Made by a program: the position numbers and the translations under genes. Positions 21,853-31,341 of a stretch of DNA of 64,000 nt are shown in pieces. How positions within the stretch are numbered: position 1 is the stretch's first letter; each line of letters starts with the position of its first letter. The notes under the pieces were generated by a model. That model ran no database searches and was not told the origin of the DNA. It was given only the letters and a program-made list of their open reading frames with translations. The stretch spans positions 71,544 to 135,543 of the forward strand of contig CAWEEG010000007.1 in NCBI GenBank assembly GCA_963808015.1, read 5' to 3'. Source of the DNA: an uncultured Actinomycetota bacterium. Lineage in GTDB: Bacteria; Actinomycetota; Acidimicrobiia; Spongiisociales; UBA5794.

Positions 21853-24800
21853 TCACACGGCGGTGATCTCCAGTGCGACCGTCAAGCCGTCGATCTCGGT
21901 CGGCTCGGCGGTCACGGTGTCGGTGCGTTCGATCTCGATGGCGAGTACCTCGCCGGCGATGAAGTCACCGAACTGGTCGAATGCAGCGACAATCGGGGCG
22001 GAATCGGACGCCCACCGCAGCGTGATCCGGTTCGCCACATCCAGACCATCCGACCGACGCAGCAACTGAAGCCGGTTCACGAGTTCACGGGCCATGCCTT
22101 CGTTCCGAAGGTCGTCGGTGAGCGTCGTGTCAAGGGCAACGGTGATAGCACCTTCCGTGGCAACCACGGTGCCTTCGTGCGGAGTTCGGCTCACGACGAT
22201 GTCGTCAGCAGTGAGGGTTGTGTCTCGAATGACAACTGCGTCACCATCGAGAACGGCAGCGATCGACGAGTGGTCGAGCGCAGCGATCTCGGCGGCGACC
22301 GCACCGGTGTTCTTGCCGAGCCTTGGTCCGAGCCGCTTGAAGTCGGCCTTCGCCGAGAGAAGGACGAGGTCGGACTCATCTTCATGTACCTCGATGCGGT
22401 GGACATTCAGTTCCTCGGAAATGAGGTCCCGGTGGGCTTCCACCGCGATCGCCAGGCGTGGATCCCGGCTCACGATGGTCACGAGACCGAGCGGCTGGCG
22501 AACCCGAAGATCGTTGCGCTTGCGCAGGCCGCGACCAAGGTTGACAACGGTGCGTGCTGCAGCCATCGCCATCTTCGAGATCGGAGTCGATGAGCGCGGT
22601 GTCGGCGTCCGGGTAGTCGAGCAGGTGAACACTCGCCGGAGCGGCCGTGCCATCGGGTTGCACGAGACGTTGGTAGATCTCCTCCGACATGAACGGCAGG
22701 ACAGGAGCGGCAACGGTCGCGAACGTCAACAACACCTCGTGAAGGGTGGCGAAGGCAGCGAGCTTGTCGCTCTGGTCCGCCCCTCCACGACGTGCCCAGA
22801 ATCGCCGTCGTGTTCTCCGGATGTACCAGTTCGTGAGGTGCTCGACGAAGCCGACAATCGGAGGGGTCACGGCGAAGAGCCGGTATGCCTCCATCTCCTC
22901 GTTGACGCGCGAGATCAGGCTCTGCAGCACCGAGAGAATCCAGCGGTCGATCTCCGGCCGGTCCGCTACCGGCGGGGCTGCTGCGAGGTCTGCGTCGGTG
23001 ATCGCGTCCGCCTCGGCATAGGTGGTGAAGAACGACAGCGAATTCCACCACGGGAACAGCACCGTACGCACAACTTCGCGTACACCCTCCTCCGAGAACC
23101 GGAGCGGATCGGCTCTGACCACCGGGGAATTGATCAAGTACGCACGGAGTGCATCGGCTCCGAACTCATCGAGAACGTGCGACGGGTCCGGGTAGTTCTT
23201 GAGGCTCTTGGACATCTTGCGTCCGTCTTCGGCCAGGATCATGCCGGTCACGACGCAGTTCTGGAATGGCGCCGTGTCGAAGATCCCGGTCGACATGATG
23301 AGCAGCGTGTAGAACCAGCCACGCGTTTGGTCGAGGCCTTCCGCAATGAAGTTCGCCGGGAATCCTCGTTCGAAGCGCTCCTTGTTCTCAAACGGGTAGT
23401 GGACCTGGGCGTATGGCATCGAACCAGAGTCGAACCAGGTGTCGAGCACCTCTGGGACGCGCACCATGGTGCCCTCGCACGCTGGGACACGGCCAGGTGA
23501 CGGGATCGAGGATGTGCTTGTGGAGGTCATCGGTCCGGAATCCGCTCAGCGCTTCGAGTTCGTCCACCGACCCGATGCACACGGTCTCGTCGCAGGTGTC
23601 ACACTCCCAGATCGGGATGGTGGTGCCCCAGAAGCGGTTGCGGGAGATGGCGTAGTCTCGCGCATCTTCGAGCCAGTTCCCGAAACGCCGTGCACCGACG
23701 TAGTCGGGAACCCAATGGATCGACTCGTTCAGTTCGACCATTCGGTCTTTGATCGCTTCGACGTTCACATACCAGCTGGGAATCGCCTTGTAGATCAGTG
23801 GTGTGTCCGTTCGCCAGCAGAACGGGTAGCTGTGCGTGATCGTTCCTGAGTGCACGAGCACCCCTCGATCCTTCAGCAGTCGGATCAGCACGGGGTCGGC
23901 CGCCTTGACGTGGAGGCCGGCGACCTCGGGGACGTCGTCGGTGAAGCGAGCTTCGAGGTCGATGGGATCGACGAGGACGTCGATGCCGGCCTGGCGGAAA
24001 GCCAGGAAATCGGCTTCACCATACGCGGGCGCGGTGTGCACGAGTCCCGAGCCGTCTTCCGTGGTGACTTCGTCCATCGGGATGACACGAAACGCCCCGT
24101 TGGCGTATTCGTCGATGAAGTGGGGGAATGGCGGCTCGTAGCCGATGCCGAGCAGCTCCTCGCCGGTTGCCGTTGCGACGATCTCGGGTGCCTCGTCCGG
24201 CCAGACGGCCTCGATACGTTCGCGTGCGATCCAGTAGTGGTCCGTGCCGTCGAGAACTCGGGCATATTCGATGTTGGTGCCGACGGCGACGCCGAGATTC
24301 CCCGGGAGCGTCCATGGTGTGGTGGTCCACACGAGCAGATAGTCACCGACTCGCTGCGTGCTCGTTGCCGTCGGTGACGGCGAGCCGGAGGGTGATCGAC
24401 GGATCCTCAACATCGCGATAGCCACCCAGGTTCACTTCGAAGTTCGAGAGTGATGTGGTGGCCCCCCACGAGTAGGGGAGCACCTTGAAGGCCTTGTAGA
24501 TGAGCCCTCGATCCCAGAGCTGTTTGAAGCCCCACCACACGGATTCCATGAACTCGACGTCCATGGTCTTGTAGTCGTCTTCGAAGTCGACCCACCGCCC
24601 GATGCGGCGGGTGATGTCGTACCAGTCGGTTGCTGTGTTGTTGACCAGTTCGCGCGCTGCCTCGTTGAACGTCGCCACGCCAAGTTCCTCGATCTCGCGA
24701 GGGCCGGAGACGCCGAGGAGCTTCTGAACCTCCATCTCGACCGGGAGGCCGTGTGTGTCCCACCCGAACCGGCGTTCGACGCGGTGCCCCCGCATCGTCC

Positions 24801-25039
24801 AGTAGCGAGGCACGATGTCTTTGACGACTCCCTGCAGGATGTGCCCGTAGTGGGGGCTCCCCGTCGCGAACGGTGGCCCGTCATAGAACGTGTACTCCGA
24901 CTCGGGCGTGCGCATTGCCACGGAGGAGCGAAACGCGTCAACGTCGATCCCACAACGCGAGCACACGTGAGTCGAGTTCCGGCAGGTCGACGCCGGGCGC
25001 GACCCGGGAGAAGTGGGGGGTGGGCTGCTGATCGTTCAC
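21853..25039 (-). CDS. ileS: isoleucine--tRNA ligase (type 2), frame-disrupted as assembled (4 breaks)
   Basis: GTG 25039 preceded by GGAGGA. Five fragments in different frames, joined near 24950, 24380, 23480 and 22590. PHYGHIL (HIGH), WTTTPWTLPGN, GRKMSKSLKN (KMSKS), and the C-terminal domain to stop 21853. Confidence 0.88.
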
Positions 25040-25290
25040 GGGTCCTCCGGCGTTGTGTGTTGCGCCGGGACGAGGTGGCCCGCGGTACCACCCGGCTTGC
25101 CGATCGCGTGATCGACCGCTCATGAGCTCCGTCACGGTGGAGCACTCCGGCGGGTTCTACAACCGGGCATCCCGGGTTCTTCCCGCTGCTCGAGGGTGAT
25201 GTCCTCCGGTGTGTGGTTCTGGCCTCTCACCGTCGCCAGATCGCTGACACCACGGTATCGCCGGAGGTGCGTCCCTGTCGTTGCGTGACG
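25040..25290 (-). promoter_or_regulatory. T-box leader (tRNA-Ile sensing) of ileS, translational type
   Basis: The minus strand carries the T-box sequence GGGTGGTACCGCG (complement of 25081-25093). Downstream hairpin CCGGCG-N10-CGCCGG (25068-25047) has a 3' arm running into the GGAGGA Shine-Dalgarno (25048-25043). The 3' strand of a GCCGGG...CCCGGC helix around the T-box overlaps the hairpin 5' arm, so the two folds are mutually exclusive. Candidate AUC specifier at 25200-25198. The 5' boundary is approximate. Confidence 0.75.
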
Positions 25291-25355
25291 CCAGGGTACC
25301 CGAAGCGGTGGCGTTGTCGCGTTTGGTACGGGCGGTGATCGGGTACGTTGCGCTC

Positions 25356-25632
25356 ATGAATCCGGTCTCCGAGCACCGCGAGGGCGCGACCCTGCGGGTA
25401 CGTGTCGTTCCTGGTGCGTCGCGAACGGAGATCAAGGGCCCCTACGGCGACGCGATCAAGAGTTCGGGTGTCGGCCCCGCCAGAAGGCGGGAGGGCAAAC
25501 CAGGCGCTGCTTGATCTCGTCGAACGCACCACCGGTGGCAGCGCATCGATTCTCAGCGGCGCATCGTCGCGGACGAAGGTCGTCGTGATCCGCGGTGTGG
25601 ATGCAGCACACGTTCGGCGGTGCTTCCGATGA
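25356..25632 (+). CDS. DUF167 (YggU) family protein, one frame break near 25460
   Basis: MNPVSEHREGATLRVRVVPGASRTEIKGPYGDAIK (frame 3), then VRVSAPPEGGRANQALLDLVE..SRTKVVVIRGV (frame 1). Confidence 0.75.
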
Positions 25633-25690
25633 TGAGGCACCGATCTCGGCCCGACCGGTGCTATCGTGCCCGCTCGCATCGGAGGGGTTC

Positions 25691-26062
25691 ATGGCCCGTC
25701 AGTTGGCAACTTCCACGCTGCAGCGTCTCGAGCGGAGGCTCGAGGCCGAGCGCATCCGTCTCACCACGATCCTCGAGGAGATCGACCGCCAGCGCGAAGC
25801 ACGGCGGCTCGCGGAGAGCGCATCTGACCACAACCCCGACCCTGACAATGCAGACGGGGGATCTCATGCACTCGAGATGGAGATGGACATCTCCGTTGAA
25901 CAGAATGCCAAGGAGCTCCTCGAAAAGGTGCTCCACGCACAGGATCGAATGCAGAAGGGCCACTACGGGATATGCGAGATAACGGGGGAACCGATTCCGG
26001 TGGCGAGGCTCGAAGCCCTTCCGTACGCGACGATGACGGTGGAAGCAGCGTCTCAGCGCTGA
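25691..26062 (+). CDS. DksA/TraR-family protein with degenerate zinc finger
   Basis: ATG 25691 after GGAGGGG. Coiled-coil N-terminus. C-terminus MQKGHYGICEITGEPIPVARLEALPYATMTVE aligns with the DksA C4 finger but keeps only one Cys. Confidence 0.65.
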   Translation: MARQLATSTLQRLERRLEAERIRLTTILEEIDRQREARRLAESASDHNPDPDNADGGSHALEMEMDISVEQNAKELLEKVLHAQDRMQKGHYGICEITGEPIPVARLEALPYATMTVEAASQR

Positions 26063-26511
26063 ACCTCAGGCTCCTGGCGGCGTTGGTCGCCGTTCTTGTT
26101 ATCGGTGTTGATCAGGCGACCAAGGCATGGGCGGTGGATGCCTTGGCCGACGGGCCCATTGTCATCATCGAAGGCTGGCTGAACCTTCGGCTCGTCTTCA
26201 ACACCGGGGCATCGTTCTCACTGTTCGCGAAGGGCGGAGCCGTCATTGGGCTCCTCGTAGTTGCCGTGGTGATCATGATCTTCTTTGCCTTGCGCGAAGC
26301 GGGGCATCGACTCGATGCCGTTGCGCTCGGTTTGGTCCTCGGCGGCGCGATCGGGAATCTCCTCGACCGTGCTTTCCGGGGTGATTCGTTCCTCGACGGT
26401 GCCGTGGTCGATTTCATCAACGTGCCGTTTTTCGCGACCTTCAACGTGGCGGACATCGCGATCAACGTCGGCGTGGCGCTGCTCCTCCTCGCTGCGTTCC
26501 TTCGACGATGA
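25972..26511 (+). CDS. lspA: lipoprotein signal peptidase II (start uncertain)
   Basis: VIGVDQATKAW, NTGASFSLF, VVDFI, FNVADIAINVG. The only in-frame start is ATG 25972, 90 nt inside the previous gene. A hidden indel near 26040-26065 is possible. Confidence 0.85.
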   Translation: MRDNGGTDSGGEARSPSVRDDDGGSSVSALNLRLLAALVAVLVIGVDQATKAWAVDALADGPIVIIEGWLNLRLVFNTGASFSLFAKGGAVIGLLVVAVVIMIFFALREAGHRLDAVALGLVLGGAIGNLLDRAFRGDSFLDGAVVDFINVPFFATFNVADIAINVGVALLLLAAFLRR

Positions 26512-27441
26512 CGGCGCAGATTCAGGTTCCCGCTGACCTCAACGGCGCACGGGCTGACCGAACCGTCGCGGTGCTTTGCGGCATCAGCCGGAGGGCCGCC
26601 CGCCTGACATTCGAGTCGGGCGGGGTGAAACGCGGCGGCGTCGCGATTGCTGGGTCTTCGAAGGTCGCGGAAGGAGAAATCCTGGGGGTGGATCTCGTTG
26701 CCGAGGAAGCGGAGGTGATCCCCGAGGAGTCCGTTGAGTTTGCTGTAGCGTTCGAGGACGAAGATGTGATCGTCGTGGACAAGCCGGCCGGCGTGGTCGT
26801 CCATCCCGGGGCGGGGAGAACGGGTGGCACTCTTGCAAATGGGCTTCTGTCTCGTTATCCAGAGATCGTCGAGCTTGGACCTGAGCACCGATGGGGCATC
26901 GTGCACCGGATCGACCGTGATACGTCTGGGCTCCTGATCGTCGGGAAGAATGCGGCGGCGGTTGACCACCTCCAAGCGGCTCTGAAGCGACGCGAGATCA
27001 AGCGTGAGTACCGCGCACTGGTCGTCGGGCGCGTTTGCGAGCGCTACCGGGACCGTCGACGCACCCGTCGGACGAGATCCTGCCGAGCCGACTCGTATGG
27101 CGGTGGTCGAAATGGGGCGACCCGCGCGAACGCACTACCAACGATTGGCAGTGTGGGACGGCGCAGATGTGTCATTGGCCTCGGTGACGCTCGAGACGGG
27201 CCGCACACATCAGATCCGGGTGCATATGCGATCGATCGGGCATCCGGTGGTGGGGGATCCGGTCTACGGCAGGAAACGCTCAACAGCAGGAGATCCCGGC
27301 CGAACCTGGCTTCACGCGGCGTCGCTCACGTTCGAGCATCCGTCCGGTTCCGGCCCGATGTCGGTTCGATCGGAACTGCCCGCGGACCTTTCTGCCTCAC
27401 TTGCCGAGCTTGGTGAACCGACCCGAGGCGCGGTCGGTTGA
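26508..27441 (+). CDS. rluD: 23S rRNA pseudouridine synthase RluD family, one frame break near 27030
   Basis: ATGA overlap with lspA. VVDKPAGVVVHPG, HRIDRDTSGLLIV (frame 3). VDAPVGRDP..LETGRTHQIRVHM (frame 1) to 27441. Confidence 0.85.
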
Positions 27442-27484
27442 GGCGAGCAAGCGGTTGCGCCTAGCCTGCTGATCAGGAGGAATC

Positions 27485-28996
27485 ATGTCGATCCACTATG
27501 AACGTCTCTCGTCCCTGGACAACTCGTTTCTCGCGCTCGAGTCGCGTTCTACACACATGCATGTCGGCGCGGTCACGATCTTCGAGGCCGGGTCATTTGC
27601 GAAACAGGACGGGGGCATTGACGTCGAGCGGCTGAAGGACTTTGTCTCGTCGAAGATGCACATGATTCCGAGGTATCGCCAGCGCATCGTCAGGGTGCCG
27701 ATCGAGCAGCACCCGGTCTGGGTCGATGATGAGCACTTCAACATCGACTACCACATCCGCCACATTGCTCTCCCTCGACCGGGAACCGACCAGGAACTGA
27801 AGCGGATTGCGGGGCGCCTGATGTCCCAGCAGATCGACCGCACGAAGCCGATGTGGGAGATGGTGGTCGTCGAGGGTCTCGAGGGTGGTCGGTTTGCGAT
27901 CGTCACGAAGATCCATCACTGCATGATCGATGGCCTATCCGGCGTTGATCTGATGGCCGTTCTCATGTCGCTCGTACCGTCGGAGGAGATCATTTCGGGC
28001 CCGGCATTCGAGCCGCGGCCGATTCCGAACGGGACCGAACTCCTGGTTCGTGAGACAACCCGACGGATTACCGGCTCGATCGGTGCGCTGCGCAGCGCGC
28101 GCAACGTGGTGGGAAACGTGTCGGATCTTGTTGATTCGGTGTCCGACCGGCTGCAGGCGGTCGGTGCGTCACTTTCCGCCGGGTGGCTGATCCCGACCGG
28201 CAAGACCCCGATCAATGGAGATATCGGCCCAGGGCGTCGGTTCTCGTGGGTCGACATGCCGCTCGCGGACGTGAAGGCGATCAAGAACAAACTGGGCGGG
28301 ACGGTCAACGACGTGTTCCTCGCCACCGTGGCCGGGGCCGTGCGCACGTTCCTGCTCGACCAACGCGACGTAGACGGTGCCGACGTAGATGCCATCGACT
28401 TCCGGGTGATGGCCCCGGTGAGTGTTCGCGGCGTGGACCAGAGCGGCACCCTGGGGAACCAGGTGGCGATGTGGCTCGCTCCACTTCCGGTCGGCGATCC
28501 AGACCCGATCTCCCGTCTCTCCACGGTGCGCGCCGAGACTGAGCGGCTGAAGGAGACGAATCAGGCGCTCGGAGCAGCAACCCTTGTTCGGGTTTCCACC
28601 GGTGCACCCGCAACACTCGTCGCGCTCGGCGCCAGGCTCGCGGCGAACGCCAGGCCGTTCAACATGACGGTCACCAATGTTCCGGGGCCGCAGTTTCCGC
28701 TGTACATGCTCGATGCCCGGATGGAGGTGTCCTATCCGCTTGTGCCGCTCTGGGAGAGCCACGGTGTGGGTATCGCGATGTTCTCGTACGACGGCATCGT
28801 GTCGTGGGGTATCAACGGAGACTTCGCCGTCATGCCCGACCTCGACGTCTTCGGTGAAACGGTGCTCGAGGCGTTCGCCGAGTTACTCGAAGCTGCGGAG
28901 AACGCGCCAGAACCCGAGCCGGCACCGGAGTCCGGACCCGCTGCAGCGGCTCCGTCGACAGGCCCGCGCAAGCGACCACCCCTCGGCACTCCCTGA
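27485..28996 (+). CDS. wax ester synthase/diacylglycerol acyltransferase (WS/DGAT)
   Basis: Intact 503 aa. Catalytic HHCMIDGLSG (HHxxxDG). N-terminal LSSLDNSFLALE. Confidence 0.88.
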   Translation: MSIHYERLSSLDNSFLALESRSTHMHVGAVTIFEAGSFAKQDGGIDVERLKDFVSSKMHMIPRYRQRIVRVPIEQHPVWVDDEHFNIDYHIRHIALPRPGTDQELKRIAGRLMSQQIDRTKPMWEMVVVEGLEGGRFAIVTKIHHCMIDGLSGVDLMAVLMSLVPSEEIISGPAFEPRPIPNGTELLVRETTRRITGSIGALRSARNVVGNVSDLVDSVSDRLQAVGASLSAGWLIPTGKTPINGDIGPGRRFSWVDMPLADVKAIKNKLGGTVNDVFLATVAGAVRTFLLDQRDVDGADVDAIDFRVMAPVSVRGVDQSGTLGNQVAMWLAPLPVGDPDPISRLSTVRAETERLKETNQALGAATLVRVSTGAPATLVALGARLAANARPFNMTVTNVPGPQFPLYMLDARMEVSYPLVPLWESHGVGIAMFSYDGIVSWGINGDFAVMPDLDVFGETVLEAFAELLEAAENAPEPEPAPESGPAAAAPSTGPRKRPPLGTP

Positions 28997-29009
28997 GGTC
29001 GGCTGAACG

Positions 29010-30035
29010 TTATCCGAAGAAGGACTGCGCCGTTTCGTACAGTCGGTCGGGGACACCGCGGATTGAATCGACAGCCTCGCTGAGCGGCACGGCAACGATG
29101 CTCTCCGACCGGAGTGCGGCCATCACGCCGGACAGGCCTTCGACGGCGAAGTCGGCGGCGCCGACTCCCAGACGGGTGGCAAGCACACGATCAAATGCCG
29201 AAGGAGTACCGCCACGCTGGACATGTCCAAGCACCGACACACGCGATTCGAATCCGGTCCCGGCTTCGATCGCAGCCGCAATGAGGTAGCCCACGCCTCC
29301 GAGTCGATCGAACCCGAATGCGTCCTTCTTCTGTTCGACGGGCTCGAACCCGGGTGGTGGTGCGACACCTTCGGCAACGACAACGATGGAGTATTTGATT
29401 CCCTTGCGGTGGCGGCGGCGCAGCGTATCGACGATGTCTTCGATGTTGTACTCGTGCTCGGGAATGATGATGGCGTCGGCACCTCCGGCGATCCCCGCAT
29501 AGGTTGCGATCCAGCCCTTTGTCCGCCCCATGACCTCGACGACGATGACCCGGTTGTGAGCCTCCGCCGTTGTGGCGAGGCGGTCGATGGCCTCGGTGGC
29601 GATGCCGACCGCCGTGTCAAAACCGAACGTGGTGTCGGTCCCACAGATATCGTTGTCGATGGTCTTCGGAACTCCGACGACGGGAAGGCCTTCCTCTGAG
29701 AGCTTCAACGCCGAGCGGAGTGTCCCGTCGCCTCCGATCACGATCAGGCTGTCGATGCCGTTGGCTCTGATCGTTCGCTCACACGACGCATATCCATCCC
29801 CGTGGACGTAGGGATCCATCCGAGACGTCCCGAGGATGGTCCCGCCGCGGGTGAGGATGCCGCGCACGGCATCTCGGTCGAGCGGCACAGTCAGGCCGTT
29901 CATCAGACCTTCCCACCCGTTCCTGATGCCGAGCACTTCGGCGCTGTGTTCTTCGGCGCGCGCCACCACACCTCGAATCACCGCATTCAGGCCTGGGCAA
30001 TCGCCGCCCGCTGTCAAGACTCCGATGACGCTCAT
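29010..30035 (-). CDS. pfkA: 6-phosphofructokinase, ATP-type signature (GGDG)
   Basis: Intact 341 aa. LTAGGDCPGLNAVIRG, LIVIGGDGTLRSA, VPKTIDNDI. Confidence 0.88.
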   Translation of the reverse strand: MSVIGVLTAGGDCPGLNAVIRGVVARAEEHSAEVLGIRNGWEGLMNGLTVPLDRDAVRGILTRGGTILGTSRMDPYVHGDGYASCERTIRANGIDSLIVIGGDGTLRSALKLSEEGLPVVGVPKTIDNDICGTDTTFGFDTAVGIATEAIDRLATTAEAHNRVIVVEVMGRTKGWIATYAGIAGGADAIIIPEHEYNIEDIVDTLRRRHRKGIKYSIVVVAEGVAPPPGFEPVEQKKDAFGFDRLGGVGYLIAAAIEAGTGFESRVSVLGHVQRGGTPSAFDRVLATRLGVGAADFAVEGLSGVMAALRSESIVAVPLSEAVDSIRGVPDRLYETAQSFFG

Positions 30036-30066
30036 CGTTCGTACTCCTGGAAGTGGGAGATCCGGC

Positions 30067-31215
30067 CTAGTAGAGGAACATCGGCTTCCCGGTGACGTGC
30101 CTGACCTTCGGCTGATAGTTGACCGAGTCGTAGAGCTCGGTGATGTCGACGCGCTTCACACCTTCGCCGGTGACCGAGATCGGAACGTGGGTGTAGGTAC
30201 CGCCCCTGAGCGACACCATTCTCCCGGACGCCCCTTCGATCGCCAGGTCTGCCGCCATCACGGCGTAGTTCGTGGCGACCATGAGGTCCAGCGAGTCGGG
30301 ACGGCCTGAGCGCATGAGGTACCCAACCGTCTGGTTGATGATGCCTTGGCCGGTCCGCTCCTTGAGCAACGCGCCGGTCGTTTCGCCGATGCCGCCCAGC
30401 TTGCGATGCCCGTACGCATCCATATCGCCGGACAGCGCCATCTCACCGCCACGAATCGTTGCGCCCTCCGAGATGGTGACCATCGCGTAGTGGGACGGAT
30501 TGTCCATCTTGTCCTTCATGACGAGTTCGGCGAGGCGATCGATATCGAACGGGACCTCTGAGATGAGGGCCCTGTCGACGCCGGCGAGGTAGGCCGTGAT
30601 CAGCGATGTCTCTCCCGAGTAGCGGCCAAAGAGCTCGACGATTGCGATCCGCTCGTGGCTTCCCGTACTCGTCCTCAGATCGTGGATGAACTCGACGCCG
30701 CGACTGACGGCGGTCGAGAAGCCGATGCAGTAGTCCGTTCCGTGAACGTCGTTGTCCATCGTCTTCGGGATCGCGATCACCGGGACGCCTTCCTCGTGCA
30801 TCCGAAGGCCGTACGAGAGTGTGTCGTCACCGCCGATCGGGATGAGAACGTCGATTCTCATGGCTTCGAGAACGCGCAACACGTGGTCGGTCACGTCGAA
30901 CGGTCCGTCGCCTTCGGGCGGATCGCCAAGGAACGACGGATACTCACTACGACGGACCTTCGCCGGGTTCGTTCGGCTGGTGTGGAGGAACGTCCCACCG
31001 GTCCGGTCAACGGTGCGGACGGTTGCCGGTGTGAGGTCGATGAAGTTCTCCGCCAGCGACTCCGGATCGGCAGGGTTTGAGTTCAGAAGCCCGCCCCAGC
31101 CGCGACGGATGCCGACCACCTCGTGGCCCTCGTGGGCGACGCGAGCAACGACCGACTTGATGGAAGGGTTGAGTCCTGGGACGTCTCCGCCGCCGGTGAG
31201 GATTCCGATACGCAT
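30067..31215 (-). CDS. phosphofructokinase paralog with PPi-type signature (GGDD, Lys before TMDND)
   Basis: Intact 382 aa. [38 protein letters not shown]. Confidence 0.8.
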   Translation of the reverse strand: MRIGILTGGGDVPGLNPSIKSVVARVAHEGHEVVGIRRGWGGLLNSNPADPESLAENFIDLTPATVRTVDRTGGTFLHTSRTNPAKVRRSEYPSFLGDPPEGDGPFDVTDHVLRVLEAMRIDVLIPIGGDDTLSYGLRMHEEGVPVIAIPKTMDNDVHGTDYCIGFSTAVSRGVEFIHDLRTSTGSHERIAIVELFGRYSGETSLITAYLAGVDRALISEVPFDIDRLAELVMKDKMDNPSHYAMVTISEGATIRGGEMALSGDMDAYGHRKLGGIGETTGALLKERTGQGIINQTVGYLMRSGRPDSLDLMVATNYAVMAADLAIEGASGRMVSLRGGTYTHVPISVTGEGVKRVDITELYDSVNYQPKVRHVTGKPMFLY

Positions 31216-31341
31216 ACGTAGTGCTCCTTCAAGGGAAGATAGAGCGAGGATAGGCAGGACGTGGATTGACCGCGACTCGGTGTCGCATGCGTACGCGTGT
31301 CATGCTTACATACCTGTAGTTCGCGTACCAGAGGAGCCCAG

